A stretch of 64,000 nucleotides of DNA from Lingula anatina (taxonomy: Eukaryota; Animalia; Brachiopoda): assembly GCA_051362555.1 (NCBI GenBank), contig CM120647.1:12624651-12688650 (forward strand), read 5' to 3'. Below, piece by piece: positions 39,501 through 52,744 of this stretch. Within the stretch, counting starts at the first letter, position 1; each line of letters opens with the position of its first letter. The notes below the pieces were generated by a model, which had not been told where the DNA came from, made no database searches, and worked only from the letters and a program-made list of their open reading frames with translations. The position numbers were made by a program, and so were the translations under genes.

Positions 39501-42500
39501 ATATTGGTGCCACAGATCTTGAACTTAAATTGAGCTATAACGAACTCCGTATGGCTTGCATTTCATCAAAATGTGCTATCTTCTTGGTGGGATTATCAGA
39601 GAGAAAACTTTTCATTTTTTACTAAAGTTGCGTCACCTCTACTCCTTTTATCAGGCACGCATTTTGTTTGTTTGTTTGTTTCTTTTTTTTTTAATGCCCT
39701 TCCTTTCCTATCTTGGGCCCTTGCTTCTCGAGATGTTCATATGTTCATACAGTACCAGGGGCAAGTAAGCAGTCGACATTTGAAAGAGTAAAGACTACTC
39801 AATACTTAAACTGCCGAGGTGTGAACAGCTGTGGACGTCATCGTGCTCCACAACGTCAAAGGTGAAACCAAACGTTATCTCAATGCAAAACCAAATGAAA
39901 ATAAAAGCATCCGAAGTCAGCTTACTAGGAACGTACTAAGCAGGCCTATCAGTGGATACGATCCAAATTGTTTTGATTCTGTAGCTTTTCTGGTATTAAA
40001 GAACGTCATACCACCTGTTAACCAAACGATATCTCCTCGGCGAAATTATTTGCCAAATTTGTCTTACTGAAAATTTCCGTGGCTGCAATCGCACCAGTAA
40101 TTAAACACTTGAATGTATTTTTTTTATTCTCTCCTCTTATGGTCTCGCTAAAATTAAAACCCTCCTGTTGTGGACCGCCTCTGATCCCAAGGTACTCTTT
40201 AATATCATGGGTAAAGCCAAAACCAATCTTGGTATAAAACCAACTCCGAGCTCTGAGTCGGGTTGTCAAACACGGCTTCGTGTACATCATGAAGTTCACC
40301 GTTCATTTCGGGGACTGGGGTTGCGTGGGCTGAAATGCGTCACCCGGATTATCGATTGCGATAGCAGGTCTCAACATGCACACCTAATCTGGCGCTCTCC
40401 GTGACGAGGTTGAAAGTTTCCATCTGATCCATTAGAATCAACGGAGCTGTCGTGGCCACGTGGTTACGCTGCTGGCTTACATACAGGCAGACTCTCGGTC
40501 GCTAGTTCGAGTCACAGTAGTTATCGTCTCATTTCTCTTTTTGCCAGAATTAATTTTTGAAAATTGCGATTGATTACTATAAGAGGAAACTCGCACGTAC
40601 GGAGGGTGGGCTTTTCTGTCACGGAGCAGTCGGTAGCGTGCATGGATACAAATGAGACATCAAAAGCGTCATCAACCATGGTTACTCAAAGTCACGGGTT
40701 CGAGTCCCGGAAGAGGCACGTCAGTCCATCACTACAACGACCTTGCCCCTGAATCGGGATGTCACGAGACGGGAACGAATAAGGGATCTCGTGGGACTTA
40801 GCAAATTACCTTTTGCATAAAAATACGGTATACTTTAGAAAGTTTACATCTGCGTCGACAATTCAATTTCCTTTCTCTTCAGTTAAAAGGCCTTATATTG
40901 GTGCCACAGATGTTGAACTTAAATTGAGCTATAACGAACTCCGTATGGCTTGCATTTCATCAAAATGTGCTATCTTCTTAGTGGGATTATCAGAGAGAAA
41001 ACTTTTCATTTTTTACTAAAGTTGCGTCACCTCTACTCCTTTTATCAGGCACGCATTTTGTTTGTTTGTTTGTTTGTTTGTTTTTATGCCCTTCCTTTCC
41101 TATCTTGGGCCCTTGCTTCTCAAGATGTTCATATGTTCATACAGTACCCGGGGCAAGTTAGCAGTCGACATTTGAAAGAGTAAAGACTACTCAATACTTA
41201 AACTGCCGAGGTGTGAACAGCTGTGGACGTCATCGTGCTCCACAATGTCAAAGGTGAAACCAAACGTTATCTCAATGCAAAACCAAATGAAAATAAAAGC
41301 ATCCGAAGTCAGCTTACTAAGAACGTACTGAGCAGGCCTATCAGTGAATACGATCCAAATTGTTTTGATTCTGTAGCTTTTCCGGTATTAAAGCACGCCA
41401 TACCACCAGTAGATAAACGATATCTCCTCGGCGAAATTATTTGCCAAATTTGTCTTACTGAAAATTTCCGTGGCTGCAATCGAACCAGTAATTAAACACT
41501 TGAATGTATTTTTTTTTATTCTCTCCTCTTACGGTCTCGCTAAAATTAAAACCCTCCTGTTGTGAACCGCCTCTGATCCCAAGGTACTCTTTAATATCAT
41601 GGGTAAAGCCAAAACCAATCTTAGTATAAAACCAACTCCGAGCTCCGAGTCGGGTTGTCAAACACGACTTCGTGTACATCATGAAGTTCACCGTTCATTT
41701 CGGGGACTGGGGTTGCGTGGGCTGAAATGCGTCACCCGGATTATCGATTGCGATAGCAGGTCTCCACATGCACACCCAATCTGGCGCTCTCCGTGACGAG
41801 GTTGAAAGTTTCCATCTGATTCATTAGAATCAACGGAGCTGTCGTGGCTGCGTGGTAACGCTGCTGGCTTACATATAGGCAGACTCTCGGTCGCTAGTTC
41901 AAGTCACAGTAGTTATCGCCTCATTTCTCTTTTTGCCAGAATTAATTTTTGAAAATTGCGATTGATTACTATAAGAGGAAACTCGCACGTACGGAGGGTG
42001 GGCGGGTCTGTCACGGAGCAGTCGGTAGCGTGCATGGATACAAATGAGACATCAAAAGCGTCATCAACCATGGTAACTCATAGTCACGGGTTCGAGTCCC
42101 GGATGAGGCACGTCAGTCCATCACTTCAACGACCTTGCCCCTGAATCGGGATGTCACGAGACGGGAACGAATGAGGGATCTCGTGGGACTTAGCAAATTA
42201 CCTTTTGCATAAAAATACGGTATACTTTAGAAAGTTTACATCTGCGTCGACAATTCTATTTCCTTTCTCTTCAGTCAAAAGGCCTTATATTGGTGCCACA
42301 GATCTTGAACTTAAATTGAGCTATAACGAACTCCGTATGGCTTGCATTTCATCAAAATGTGCTATCTTCTTGGTGGGATTATCAGAGAGAAAACTTTTCA
42401 TTTTTTACTAAAGTTGCGTCACCTCTACTCCTTTTATCAGGCACGCATTTTGTTTGTTTGTTTGTTTCTTTTTTTTAATGCCCTTCCTTTCCTATCTTGG

Positions 42501-45500
42501 GCCCTTGCTTCTCAAGATGTTCATATGTTCATACAGTACCAGGGGCAATTAAGCAGTCGACATTTGAAAGAGTAAAGACTACTCAATACTTAAACTGCCG
42601 AGGTGTGAACAGCTGTGGACGTCATCGTGCTCCACAACGTCAAAGATGAAACCAAACGTTATCTCAATGCAAAACCAAATGAAAATAAAAGCATCCGAAG
42701 TCAGCTTACTAGGAACGTACTAAGCAGGCCTATCAGTGGATACGATCCAAATTGTTTTGATTCTGTAGCTTTTCTGGTATTAAAGAACGTCATACCACCT
42801 GTTAACCAAACGATATCTCCTCGGCGAAATTATTTGCCAAATTTGTCTTACTGAAAATTTCCGTGGCTGCAATCGCACCAGTAATTAAACACTTGAATGT
42901 ATTTTTTTTTATTCTCTACTCTTATGGTCTCGCTAAAATTAAAACCCTCCTGTTGTGGACCGCCTCTGATCCCAAGGTACTCTTTAATATCATGGGTAAA
43001 GCCAAAACCAATCTTGGTATAAAACCAACTCCGAGCTCTGAGTCGGGTTGTCAAACACGGCTTCGTGTACATCATGAAGTTCACCGTTCATTTCGGGGAC
43101 TGGGGTTGCGTGGGCTGAAATGCGTCACCCGGATTATCGTTTGCGATAGCAGGTCTCAACATGCACACCTAATCTGGCGCTCTCCGTGACGAGGTTGAAA
43201 GTTTCCATCTGATCCATTAGAATCAACGGAGCTGTCGTGGCCACGTGGTTACGCTGCTGGCTTACATACGGGCAGACTCTCGGTCGCTAGTTCGAGTCAC
43301 AGTAGTTATCGTCTCATTTCTCTTTTTGCCAGAATTAATTTTTGAAAATTGCGATTGATTACTATAAGAGGAAACTCGCACGTACGGAGGGTGGGCGGGT
43401 CTGTCACGGAGCAGTCGGTAGCGTGCATGGATACAAATGAGACATCAAAAGCGTCATCAACCATGGTTACTCAAAGTCACGGGTTCGAGTCCCGGAAGAG
43501 GCACGTCAGTCCATCACTACAACGACCTTGCCCCTGAATCGGGATGTCACAAGACGGGAACGAATAAGGGATCTCGTGGGACTTAGCAAATTACCTTTTG
43601 CATAAAAATACGGTATACTTTAGAAAGTTTACATCTGCGTCGACAATTCAATTTCCTTTCTCTTCAGTTAAAAGGCCTTATATTGGTGCCACAGATCTTG
43701 AACTTAAATTGAGCTATAACGAACTCCGTATGGCTTGCATTTCATCAAAATGTGCTATCTTCTTGGTGGGATTATCAGAGAGAAAACTTTTCATTTTTTA
43801 CTAAAGTTGCGTCACCTCTACTCCTTTTATCAGGCACGCATTTTGTTTGTTTGTTTGTTTGTTTGTTTGTTTGTTTTTATGCCCTTCCTTTCCTATCTTG
43901 GGCCCTTGCTTCTCAAGATGTTCATATGTTCATACAGTACCCGGGGCAAGTTAGCAGTCGACATTTGAAAGAGTAAAGACTACTCAATACTTAAACTGCC
44001 GAGGTGTGAACAGCTGTGGACGTCATCGTGCTCCACAACGTCAAAGGTGAAACCAAACGTTATCTCAATGCAAAACCAAATGAAAATAAAAGCATCCGAA
44101 GTCAGCTTACTAGGAACGTACTAAGCAGGCCTATCAGTGGATACGATCCAAATTGTTTTGATTCTGTAGCTTTTCTGGTATTAAAGAACGTCATACCACC
44201 TGTTAACCAAACGATATCTCCTCGGCGAAATTATTTGCCAAATTTGTCTTACTGAAAATTTCCGTGGCTGCAATCGCACCAGTAATTAAACACTTGAATG
44301 TATTTTTTTTTATTCTCTCCTCTTATGGTCTCGCTAAAATTAAAACCCTCCTGTTGTGAACCGCCTCTGATCCCAAGGTACTCTTTAATATCATGGGTAA
44401 AGCCAAAACCAATCTTGGTATAAAACCAACTCCGAGCTCCGAGTCGGGTTGTCAAACACGACTTCGTGTACATCATGAAGTTTACCGTTCATTTCGGGGA
44501 CTGGGGTTGCGTGGGCTGAAATGCAGCACCCGGATTATCGATTGCGATAGCAGGTCTCCACATGCACACCCAATCTGGCGCTCTCCGTGACGAGGTTGAA
44601 AGTTTCCATCTGATCAATAAGAATCAACGGAGCTGTCGTGGCTGCGTGGTAACGCTGCTGGCTTACATACAGGCAGACTCTCGGTCGCTAGTTCAAGTCA
44701 CAGTAGTTATCGCCTCATTTCTCTTTTTGCCAGAATTAATTTTTGAAAATTGCGATTGATTACTATAAGAGGAAACTCGCACGTACGGAGGGTGGGCGGG
44801 TCTGTCACGGAGCAGTCGGTAGCGTGCATGGATACAAATGAGACATCAAAAGCGTCATCAACCATGGTAACTCAAAGTCACGGGTTCGAGTCCCGGATGA
44901 GGCAAGTCAGTCCAACACTACAACGACCTTCCCCCTGAATCGGGATGTCACGAGACGGGAACGAATGAGGGATCTCGTGGGACTTAGCAAATTATCTTTT
45001 GCATAAAAATACGGTATACTTTAGAAAGTTTACATCTGCGTCGACAATTCTATTTCCTTTCTCTTCAGTTAAAAGGCCTTATATTGGTGCCACAGATCAT
45101 GAACTTAAATTGAGCTATAACGAACTCCGTATGGCTTGCATTTCATCAAAATGTGCTATCTTCTTGGTGGGATTATCAGAGAGAAAACTTTTCATTTTTT
45201 ACTAAAGTTGCGTCACCTCTACTCCTTTTATCAGGCACGCATTTTGTTTGTTTGTTTGTTTGTTTCTTTTTTTTAATGCCCTTCCTTTCCTATGTTGGAC
45301 CCTTGCTTCTCAAGATGTTCATATGTTCATACAGTACCCGGGGCAAGTTAGCAGTCGACATTTGAAAGAGTAAAGACTACTCAATACTTAAACTGCCGAG
45401 GTGTGAACAGCTGTGGACGTCATCGTGCTCCACAACGTCAAAGGTGAAACCAAACGTTATCTCAATGCAAAACCAAATGAAAATAAAAGCATCCGAAGTC

Positions 45501-48116
45501 AGCTTACTAGGAACGTACTAAGCAGGCCTATCAGTGGATACGATCCAAATTGTTTTGATTCTGTAGCTTTTCTGGTATTAAAGAACGTCATACCACCTGT
45601 TAACCAAACGATATCTCCTCGGCGAAATTATTTGCCAAATTTGTCTTACTGAAAATTTCCGTGGCTGCAATCGCACCAGTAATTAAACACTTGAATGTAT
45701 TTTTTTTTATTCTCTCCTCTTATGGTCTCGCTAAAATTAAAACCCTCCTGTTGTGAACCGCCTCTGATCCCAAGGTACTCTTTAATATCATGGGTAAAGC
45801 CAAAACCAATCTTGGTATAAAACCAACTCCGAGCTCCGAGTCGGGTTGTCAAACACGACTTCGTGTACATCATGAAGTTTACCGTTCATTTCGGGGACTG
45901 GGGTTGCGTGGGCTGAAATGCAGCACCCGGATTATCGATTGCGATAGAAGGTCTCCACATGCACACCCAATCTGGCGCTCTCCGTGACGAGGTTGAAAGT
46001 TTCCATCTGATCAATAAGAATCAACGGAGCTGTCGTGGCTGCGTGGTAACGCTGCTGGCTTACATACAGGCAGACTCTCGGTCGCTAGGTCGAGTCACAG
46101 TAGTTATCGTCTCATTTCTCTTTTTGCCAGAATCAATTTTTGAAAATTGCGATTGATTACTATAAGAGGAAACTCGCACGTACGGAGGGTGGGCGGGTCT
46201 ATCACGGAGCAGTCGGTAGCGTGCATGGATACAAATGAGACATCAAAAGCGTCATCAACCATGGTAACTCAAAGTCACGGGTTCGAGTCCCGGATGAGGC
46301 ACGTCAGTCCATCACTTCAACGACCTTGCCCCTGAATCGGGATGTCACGAGACGGGAACGAATGAGGGATCTCGTGGGACTTAGCAAATTACCTTTTGCA
46401 TAAAATACGGTATACTTTAGAAAGTTTACATCTGCGTCGACAATTCTATTTCCTTTCTCTTCAGTTAAAAGGCCTTATATTGGTGCCACAGATCTTGAAC
46501 TTAAATTGAGCTATAACGAACTCCGTATGGCTAGCATTTCATCAAAATGTGCTATCTTCTTGGTGGGATTATCAGAGAGAAAACTTTTCATTTTTTACTA
46601 AAGTTGCGTCACCTCTACTCCTTTTATCAGGCACGCATTTTGTTTGTTTGTTTGTTTCTTTTTTTTAATGCCCTTCCTTTCCTATGTTGGACCCTTGCTT
46701 CTCAAGATGTTCATATGTTCATACAGTACCCGGGGCAAGTTAGCAGTCGACATTTGAAAGAGTAAAGACTACTCAATACTTAAACTGCCGAGGTGTGAAC
46801 AGCTGTGGACGTCATCGTGCTCCACAACGTCAAAGGTGAAACCAAACGTTATCTCAATGCAAAACCAAATGAAAATAAAAGCATCCGAAGTCAGCTTACT
46901 AGGAACGTACTAAGCAGGCCTATCAGTGGATACGATCCAAATTGTTTTGATTCTGTAGCTTTTCTGGTATTAAAGAACGTCATACCACCTGTTAACCAAA
47001 CGATATCTCCTCGGCGGAATTATTTGCCAAATTTGTTTTACTGAAAATTTCCGTGGCTGCAATCGCACCAGTAATTAAACACTTGAATGTATTTCTTTTT
47101 TATTCTCTCCTCTTATGGTCTCGCTAAAATTAAAACCCTCCTGTTGTGAACCGCCTTTGATCGCAAGGTACTCTTTAATATCATGGGTAAAGCCAAAACC
47201 AATCTTAGTATAAAACCAACTCCGAGCTCCGAGTCGGGTTGTCAAACACGACTTCGTGTACATCATGAAGTTTACCGTTCATGTCGGGGACAGGCGTTGC
47301 GTGGGCTGAAATGCAGCACCCGGATTATCGATTGCGACAGCAGGTCTGCACATGTACACCGAATCTGGCGCTCTCCGAGATGAGGTTGAAAGTTTTCATC
47401 TGATCAATTTGAATCAACGGAGCTTTCGTGGCTGCGTGGTAACGCTGCTGACTTACATACAGGCAGACTCCAAAAGAAAAATATACGGCATTCTCATCAA
47501 TGTCTATGCATTTTACTCGGATTAAGCAACTTTGCAGTCGAAATTTAACCTCACTTTACTATTGCTCATCTCTGACTTCTTCCTTAAATAAGAATGAGCT
47601 GAACAATAACTCTAACAAAAGAACAGATCAAATTACCGGCCTTAATGTGTACTTTTTATCGACAGTACGTACGAGAACCGTGAGTCTCTGCATTGCATTT
47701 TGCGCTAAGTAAGTGGAGAACAAAGGCTCCTATTTCGAGCCCATTGCAACCTTCAATAATAAACTTACTAACTTAAAAGAAGCGTAGGGAATCATTTCAT
47801 ATGTCCCTTACATAGGAGGTGATTTGGTGATTTTTTTTTTCATATTCTTAACTCAACCTGTACACCCCTTACACATGTACGTAAACACGTGAATCCGATA
47901 CAGCACGTGCGATTAATGTTTGAATAATGTTCTACAAAATACTCTTTGTCAACAAGAAATAATCATGTAATACCAGTTGTCTCTGTAGCGCAAGACGTTA
48001 GAACATAATGAATCATAATTTTATGACAAAAAGACATTTATTCAAATGATCGACTCTAACGCAGATAAACGTTTGAAAATAAGTTGCATGGAAAGCTTGT
48101 GTAAGGCCTTTTGATT

Positions 48117-49367
48117 TCATTGTCCAATTAATAGTGAAAAGTTATTCGGTCCTGAGCAGTACAAAGTATCGGGTGTAAATGGCTGCTGGAGACGGTTATC
48201 TAGTCCAAGGATTTTCTGTATCTCTGGTTTTCGCAGCCAAGCTAATTTCTTCCTAATCATGGGATGAGTATGGTCCCAGTGTTGAAGGATGAAATCCGGT
48301 GTCACAAGATACGATTGGTTGCCTTTCAGTTTTGGCTTCCCTGGAATCTTTATGTAAGGACCTGGCTGTAGAGTACCTGGACTTTGGCGCGAAGACGTTC
48401 CTTTTAATACAGCTTCAATTAATGGGTTGACTTTGGGAGGATTAGTTTTTGTTTTCTTCAGCAAAGCAGACGAGATGTAGTCTCGCGGCATTTCGTAATC
48501 AAAATTTTGCTTGTACCTGTCCTTTGAGATAATTCTATTTGAAATACTATTAGCAACATGCAACGAATTGCACTGAATGCGATACCTATGATACAGCATC
48601 GAAATCAGCTGACGAGTCATCCAGGCGCCATTAAACCACGATTCACAGTCTAGTTGCAAATCGTAAGGTACCAGAAATGACAGTGTATCCTTGTGGAAAG
48701 CATTCAAACACTCATCAAAATCCCAGTTCAAGTTCACGGGCTCTTTTGTATTGACAAACTGTCTACTCATATCTTGGTAACGTACGTGCCCCACAGCAGG
48801 TTGGTAATACATAAGAAACTCCTCGAACAGCTGAAAAGGGTCCGAGGGCATCTTGGGCCAAGGTTTCCAATTGACCTGTCCATCCGACTTAACTGAAAGC
48901 TCCAGGTCGTCGTCCATGAATATATAATAAAGATAACCGCCGTCTTTCATTTGGGACGCTAAGTTCACCGCGTGCTGCAGAAGCACATTTCTTCCAGAAG
49001 CAGCGGAGGTGTCTGGGGCGTAAATATCACCTGACCTGTCTGCAAATGTCAGCCAAATGACGTCACGTTCGTTTGTTTCTTGTAATCCTTTGATGTCCCC
49101 CTTTGAAGGGCTTTCAATGAGATACACAAATCTCTTCCCAGTCGTCTGGCTGTAATTTCTCGGTCGTACAACTGCATACCTTATTTCAAATATAAAACTT
49201 AGGGACTTAGGTAAGCCTACCCAAGCATTTGGTCTTTTCATGTTTCGTGTCTTTGTGTCCCTGTTGTCTCTGTAGTTCACCACTTTGCTTCGACTCACCC
49301 ATGAAATTAGAAACACTGAGGCAAATATGATAGTCGAAAGAAAAAGGAATCTCTTAGATATCCGCAT
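48117..49367 (-). CDS. 416-aa type II membrane protein, putative GT-A-fold glycosyltransferase-like (single coding exon)
   Basis: Long intact ORF; N-terminal signal-anchor FLFLSTIIFASVFLISWV; SGRNVLL and YLYYIFMDDD (DxD) motifs; splice acceptor at 49422-49423 upstream of the ATG; AATAAA on the minus strand at 48037-48042. Confidence 0.85.
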   Translation of the reverse strand: MRISKRFLFLSTIIFASVFLISWVSRSKVVNYRDNRDTKTRNMKRPNAWVGLPKSLSFIFEIRYAVVRPRNYSQTTGKRFVYLIESPSKGDIKGLQETNERDVIWLTFADRSGDIYAPDTSAASGRNVLLQHAVNLASQMKDGGYLYYIFMDDDLELSVKSDGQVNWKPWPKMPSDPFQLFEEFLMYYQPAVGHVRYQDMSRQFVNTKEPVNLNWDFDECLNAFHKDTLSFLVPYDLQLDCESWFNGAWMTRQLISMLYHRYRIQCNSLHVANSISNRIISKDRYKQNFDYEMPRDYISSALLKKTKTNPPKVNPLIEAVLKGTSSRQSPGTLQPGPYIKIPGKPKLKGNQSYLVTPDFILQHWDHTHPMIRKKLAWLRKPEIQKILGLDNRLQQPFTPDTLYCSGPNNFSLLIGQ

Positions 49368-49522
49368 TGTCTTCGGTAGTCGTTCCAGTATGTTGGATCA
49401 TTCATGTACGAATTCACACATCTGAAATCTAAAAACATTAATAAAATAATGTTTTCATTTCCTTATTATTATTTTTTTTTAATTTCCAAACCCATACAAT
49501 AATCATATATCGACAAAAGTAT

Positions 49523-49674
49523 CAGGGGTGGATCCAGGATTATTTGAAGGGGGGTCCGCGGATGAAAAGCCGACCCCCCCCCCCCCCAACAATTCTAATT
49601 TCATGAGGAGACCAGAAATCGAAGGGGGGGGGGGGGAGTCAGGACCCCCTGCTTCCCCTCCTAATCCGCCACTG
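49523..49674. mobile_element. MITE with CAG(G/T)GG(C/T)GGAT ends
   Basis: CAGGGGTGGATCCAGG ... CCTAATCCGCCACTG; same terminal type as 1377-1544; no TSD visible. Confidence 0.65.
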
Positions 49675-50786
49675 CGTGGATTGATACTTCGAAATGGTCT
49701 TGGTCGGTCAAATTGAATTTGTTGTAGCTTCTTTTATGTAAATTATTTATGCAGATAAAGACTCCGAACCCGCATTACGGAACGACCCCGGATTATGGAA
49801 CAAAACTTGAAGTTTGTCCTTTTTTCCCAGAATGCAGAGCGTAAACAATCCCCGTTTCCACGTAAGTTTCAGGCGTCTGCTACAATGTATCAAACATGCT
49901 ATGAAGACGCACACTATGACCTGACACAACTGGAGTGTTAGCGTTTGAAAGTTCGTTGCTCTCAAATTTGATAAAAAATAATAGTGAACTTACATTTATT
50001 CAAGTAGGTTTTAAAGTCGTTTACTGTCCTCTCTCGTCTGCATATGTTACTGTCAGTTTCCGATCACGATTTCTAACAATTTTATATCGGTTACGGGTAG
50101 TTACATTGATCGCTGTCCCTCTTTTACTTCTTTAGTATGTTGTAACTTGTCTCGTCTCTTACGTTGTTTGTGTTTATAGTTCTCTGCGAATTGAAATCAT
50201 TTTCAAAACGTCCACTTTCAAGAGTAACAAGCAAAGCTGAAGTATTCCAAGATCTCATAAAAATGGCTTGAATGTTCGGCAACGCTGTGGGTGCTTTCTG
50301 TGCCCTGTCAACTGCCGCTAGAGGACGCTACGAGCGCTATTAGGCTCATGCGTCTTGTGCCTTTGATAAATTTGTTCTCACAAAATAACACTTCATGGTG
50401 ACTTTTTATAATTGGACTTTATGAGAAAAAAAAGTTACTGACCTTGTTAATGTACGATGAATTTCAGCATACCAAAGAGAAAAATTCGCCCATAGAAGTT
50501 GCATGCTACCGTCAGTGCCGTAGGCCTAAGGGATGACTCGTTTTCAGTATTTATAAGAGGCGGCACGTAGGCTATATTTGACGTGCCAAAGACGAACATT
50601 TTTCATCATATTTAAGGTAGGCCTATACAAAAGACACATGTTTGAATTTTTTCCGATGAAAATAATAAAAAAAATCAAAATAGATACCCTTAACTTATTA
50701 ATCATTTAGCAGGTTTGCGCCTTTCATCTATCTCTATCTTGTAGGCCTATCTTCTTCTTTTTCTCTTTTTCCTAAATATACCACAG

Positions 50787-51448
50787 GTGCTCTCAAGGGA
50801 GGGGTGCATGGGAAGTTGGCCCTCAGTCACTCTGATGAGGCAGCTCTAGCCGACTACTGCCTTTTAATGACCGACTGGGGGTTTACCCTCACTAAAGACT
50901 TGGTCTGCACATTTGCCCTGGCGGTGGGAAAGAATAGGAATATGGACACGAGCTTTTCAGCGTCGAACGGCGTGGTGGGATCGGTTTAGGAATCCGAGTT
51001 GTCGCTTAGAAAACCGGGACAGATAAATAGGTGCAATATTGTAAAAAAAAATCCATGGTAAATAAATGAAAAATAATTAAAATGCATTATGAAAAATGAA
51101 TTTTGTCTTTAGATGAAGATAAACACGGATATTGGAAAATAAGAAAGCATGATTTAGGCTAAATATGAGTCAATTTTTACATTAACATGGTGAAGTTTCT
51201 TTTTTTTTTCAGAGGTCAAGCGGTAATGTCACAGAAAACATTTGCAGATTTTTTTTCTTTTTTTTTTATGCTAAAAGATACGTTTGTAAAGCATAATCTT
51301 ACGAGAGGTCGATCACTTCTTCCGGCCATATTACAGTTTTGGAATGTGCCAATGCATTGGAGGATATAAGTTCTTCTGAACTTCGGGTACGGTTGTTCTC
51401 CCTCTGCATACTTTGATACAGATAAATATCTGGATTGGTTTCAAAAGG
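50787..51448 (+). pseudogene. pogo/Tc5 (CENP-B-type HTH + DDE) transposase relic
   Basis: After a splice acceptor: LSHSDEAALADYCLLMTDWGFTLTKDLVCTFA..., then by frameshift WWDRFR..ELSLRKP. Later fragments read QKTFADFF..LKDTFVKHNL and GCSPSAYFDTDKYLDWFQK. Confidence 0.75.
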
Positions 51449-52744
51449 TTGAGTCGTTAATGTTTCCTACAAAAGAATTATTTTGGACTTTTGGTATGTT
51501 GATCAAGAGACTTCGAAAATGCACGACGATTAAATGCAGACTTGATATATAGTATTTTTTTTTCCAAATCATTTTTCATCAGTTTTTTTTTCCGATTTTG
51601 CTGACTTATAAATGAAAATAAGAATTAAAATATACGATAACTTTTAAAAATCTCTTTGTTGTCACAGCAACGGTCACTGTTACGCCTGACCTCATCTGGC
51701 TGCTTCCATGGCTCTCAAGCGGCAAGGGATTCCTTGGGATAGGGTTTTAGAGTTTAATCCGGAATAACATTCCCGGCATCGGTCAAAACTTGCCCAATTT
51801 GGTTCAGTTTTGTTGTAGGCCGTTGATTCGGCTAGTAATAGTCTATCCACATATTTTCTATATAGCTGCTCATTCCGTTGGTTCTGTAAAGTATCTGCTA
51901 AAAATTAAAAGTGCCCTTTGTGAACTGATAATCCCATCGTGCAACCTGAAATTGCTCCTAAGCCCCCCCCCCCCCCCCCCCATCAAATGATAGTCACGTG
52001 GTTCCCTGAATATTACACTTTATTTGATGTGGTTCAGGTTTTCATCGATGACTGCCATTGGTGTTTAAATTGGCATCAGTGTGATATCCACTGACGCTGT
52101 CAGTGACCCTAGTCACTTTAGACGCGGTACACGCCTCTTCAGGATGTCTGTTAACTATGTTTTGAGTAGTTGAGCGGTAAGGGTGAAATCTGACCTCAAT
52201 AAAGAAAGCCGGGCGGTTTAAGTGTTCTACCCAGAAACGGTCATGGTTCCCAATTCATTAGAGAAACAGACGAAGATGTTTTACTGTTTACAGTGTCTTC
52301 CTCAGAGGTATTCTAACCTGCTAAATCCAGTTGGTGTTTGCTAATGGCCTTGAAAAAGACGTTTTGGCGGCAACTTGTCCCTCATTCTGAACTGACTGGG
52401 TGGCTTTTGTTCAGTTGCATATATTTTGTAGCGACACACCTAACCATACAATTTTTTTTCACATATCTAATATGAGATCAGAGTTTTTAGAAAAAAAAAA
52501 GAACGCATTTTACTTAGGTATACCTTTGAAACTGAAACATTTCATATTAAATGTCAAGTCTGTATATAAATTATGTTGCACGTTTGCCCAGGGCCACTAG
52601 TGCTCTAGAAATTCACATATTATGTCAAGTAGACTAAGTGTTAAAGAGACAAAACGATTATCGATGTGCGATTATCGATGAGCCACAATCCCCCCACCCC
52701 CACCACCCCCCACCCCCCACCCTCACTGCACTTCTGCATGAACA

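Larger units (their letters stand above)
1720..47470 (+). repeat. Tandem array of 30 copies of a ~1.39-kb unit, interrupted at 23945-27899
   Basis: The marker ORF MRLIT.. recurs at 1777, 3174, 4570 ... 22652 (16 units) and 28004 ... 46147 (14 units, two with a frameshifted marker). Spacing is about 1390-1400 bp, with one unit of 1357. Units differ by SNPs and by GTTT/T-run lengths. Confidence 0.99.

Noticed and set aside
1777-47383. The ~170 short repeated ORFs as a functional multigene family
   Set aside because: Many start at non-ATG codons, they overlap in several frames, and they are freely frameshifted between units by GTTT/T-run changes; only a decayed EN signal is discernible.
1720-47470. 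CRISPR array, rDNA/5S or histone gene cluster
   Set aside because: No repeat-spacer structure and no recognisable rRNA, 5S or histone sequence.
50832-50856. CTGATGAG-GC..GC-CGAC hammerhead-like string
   Set aside because: Lacks GAAA and lies within pogo coding sequence.
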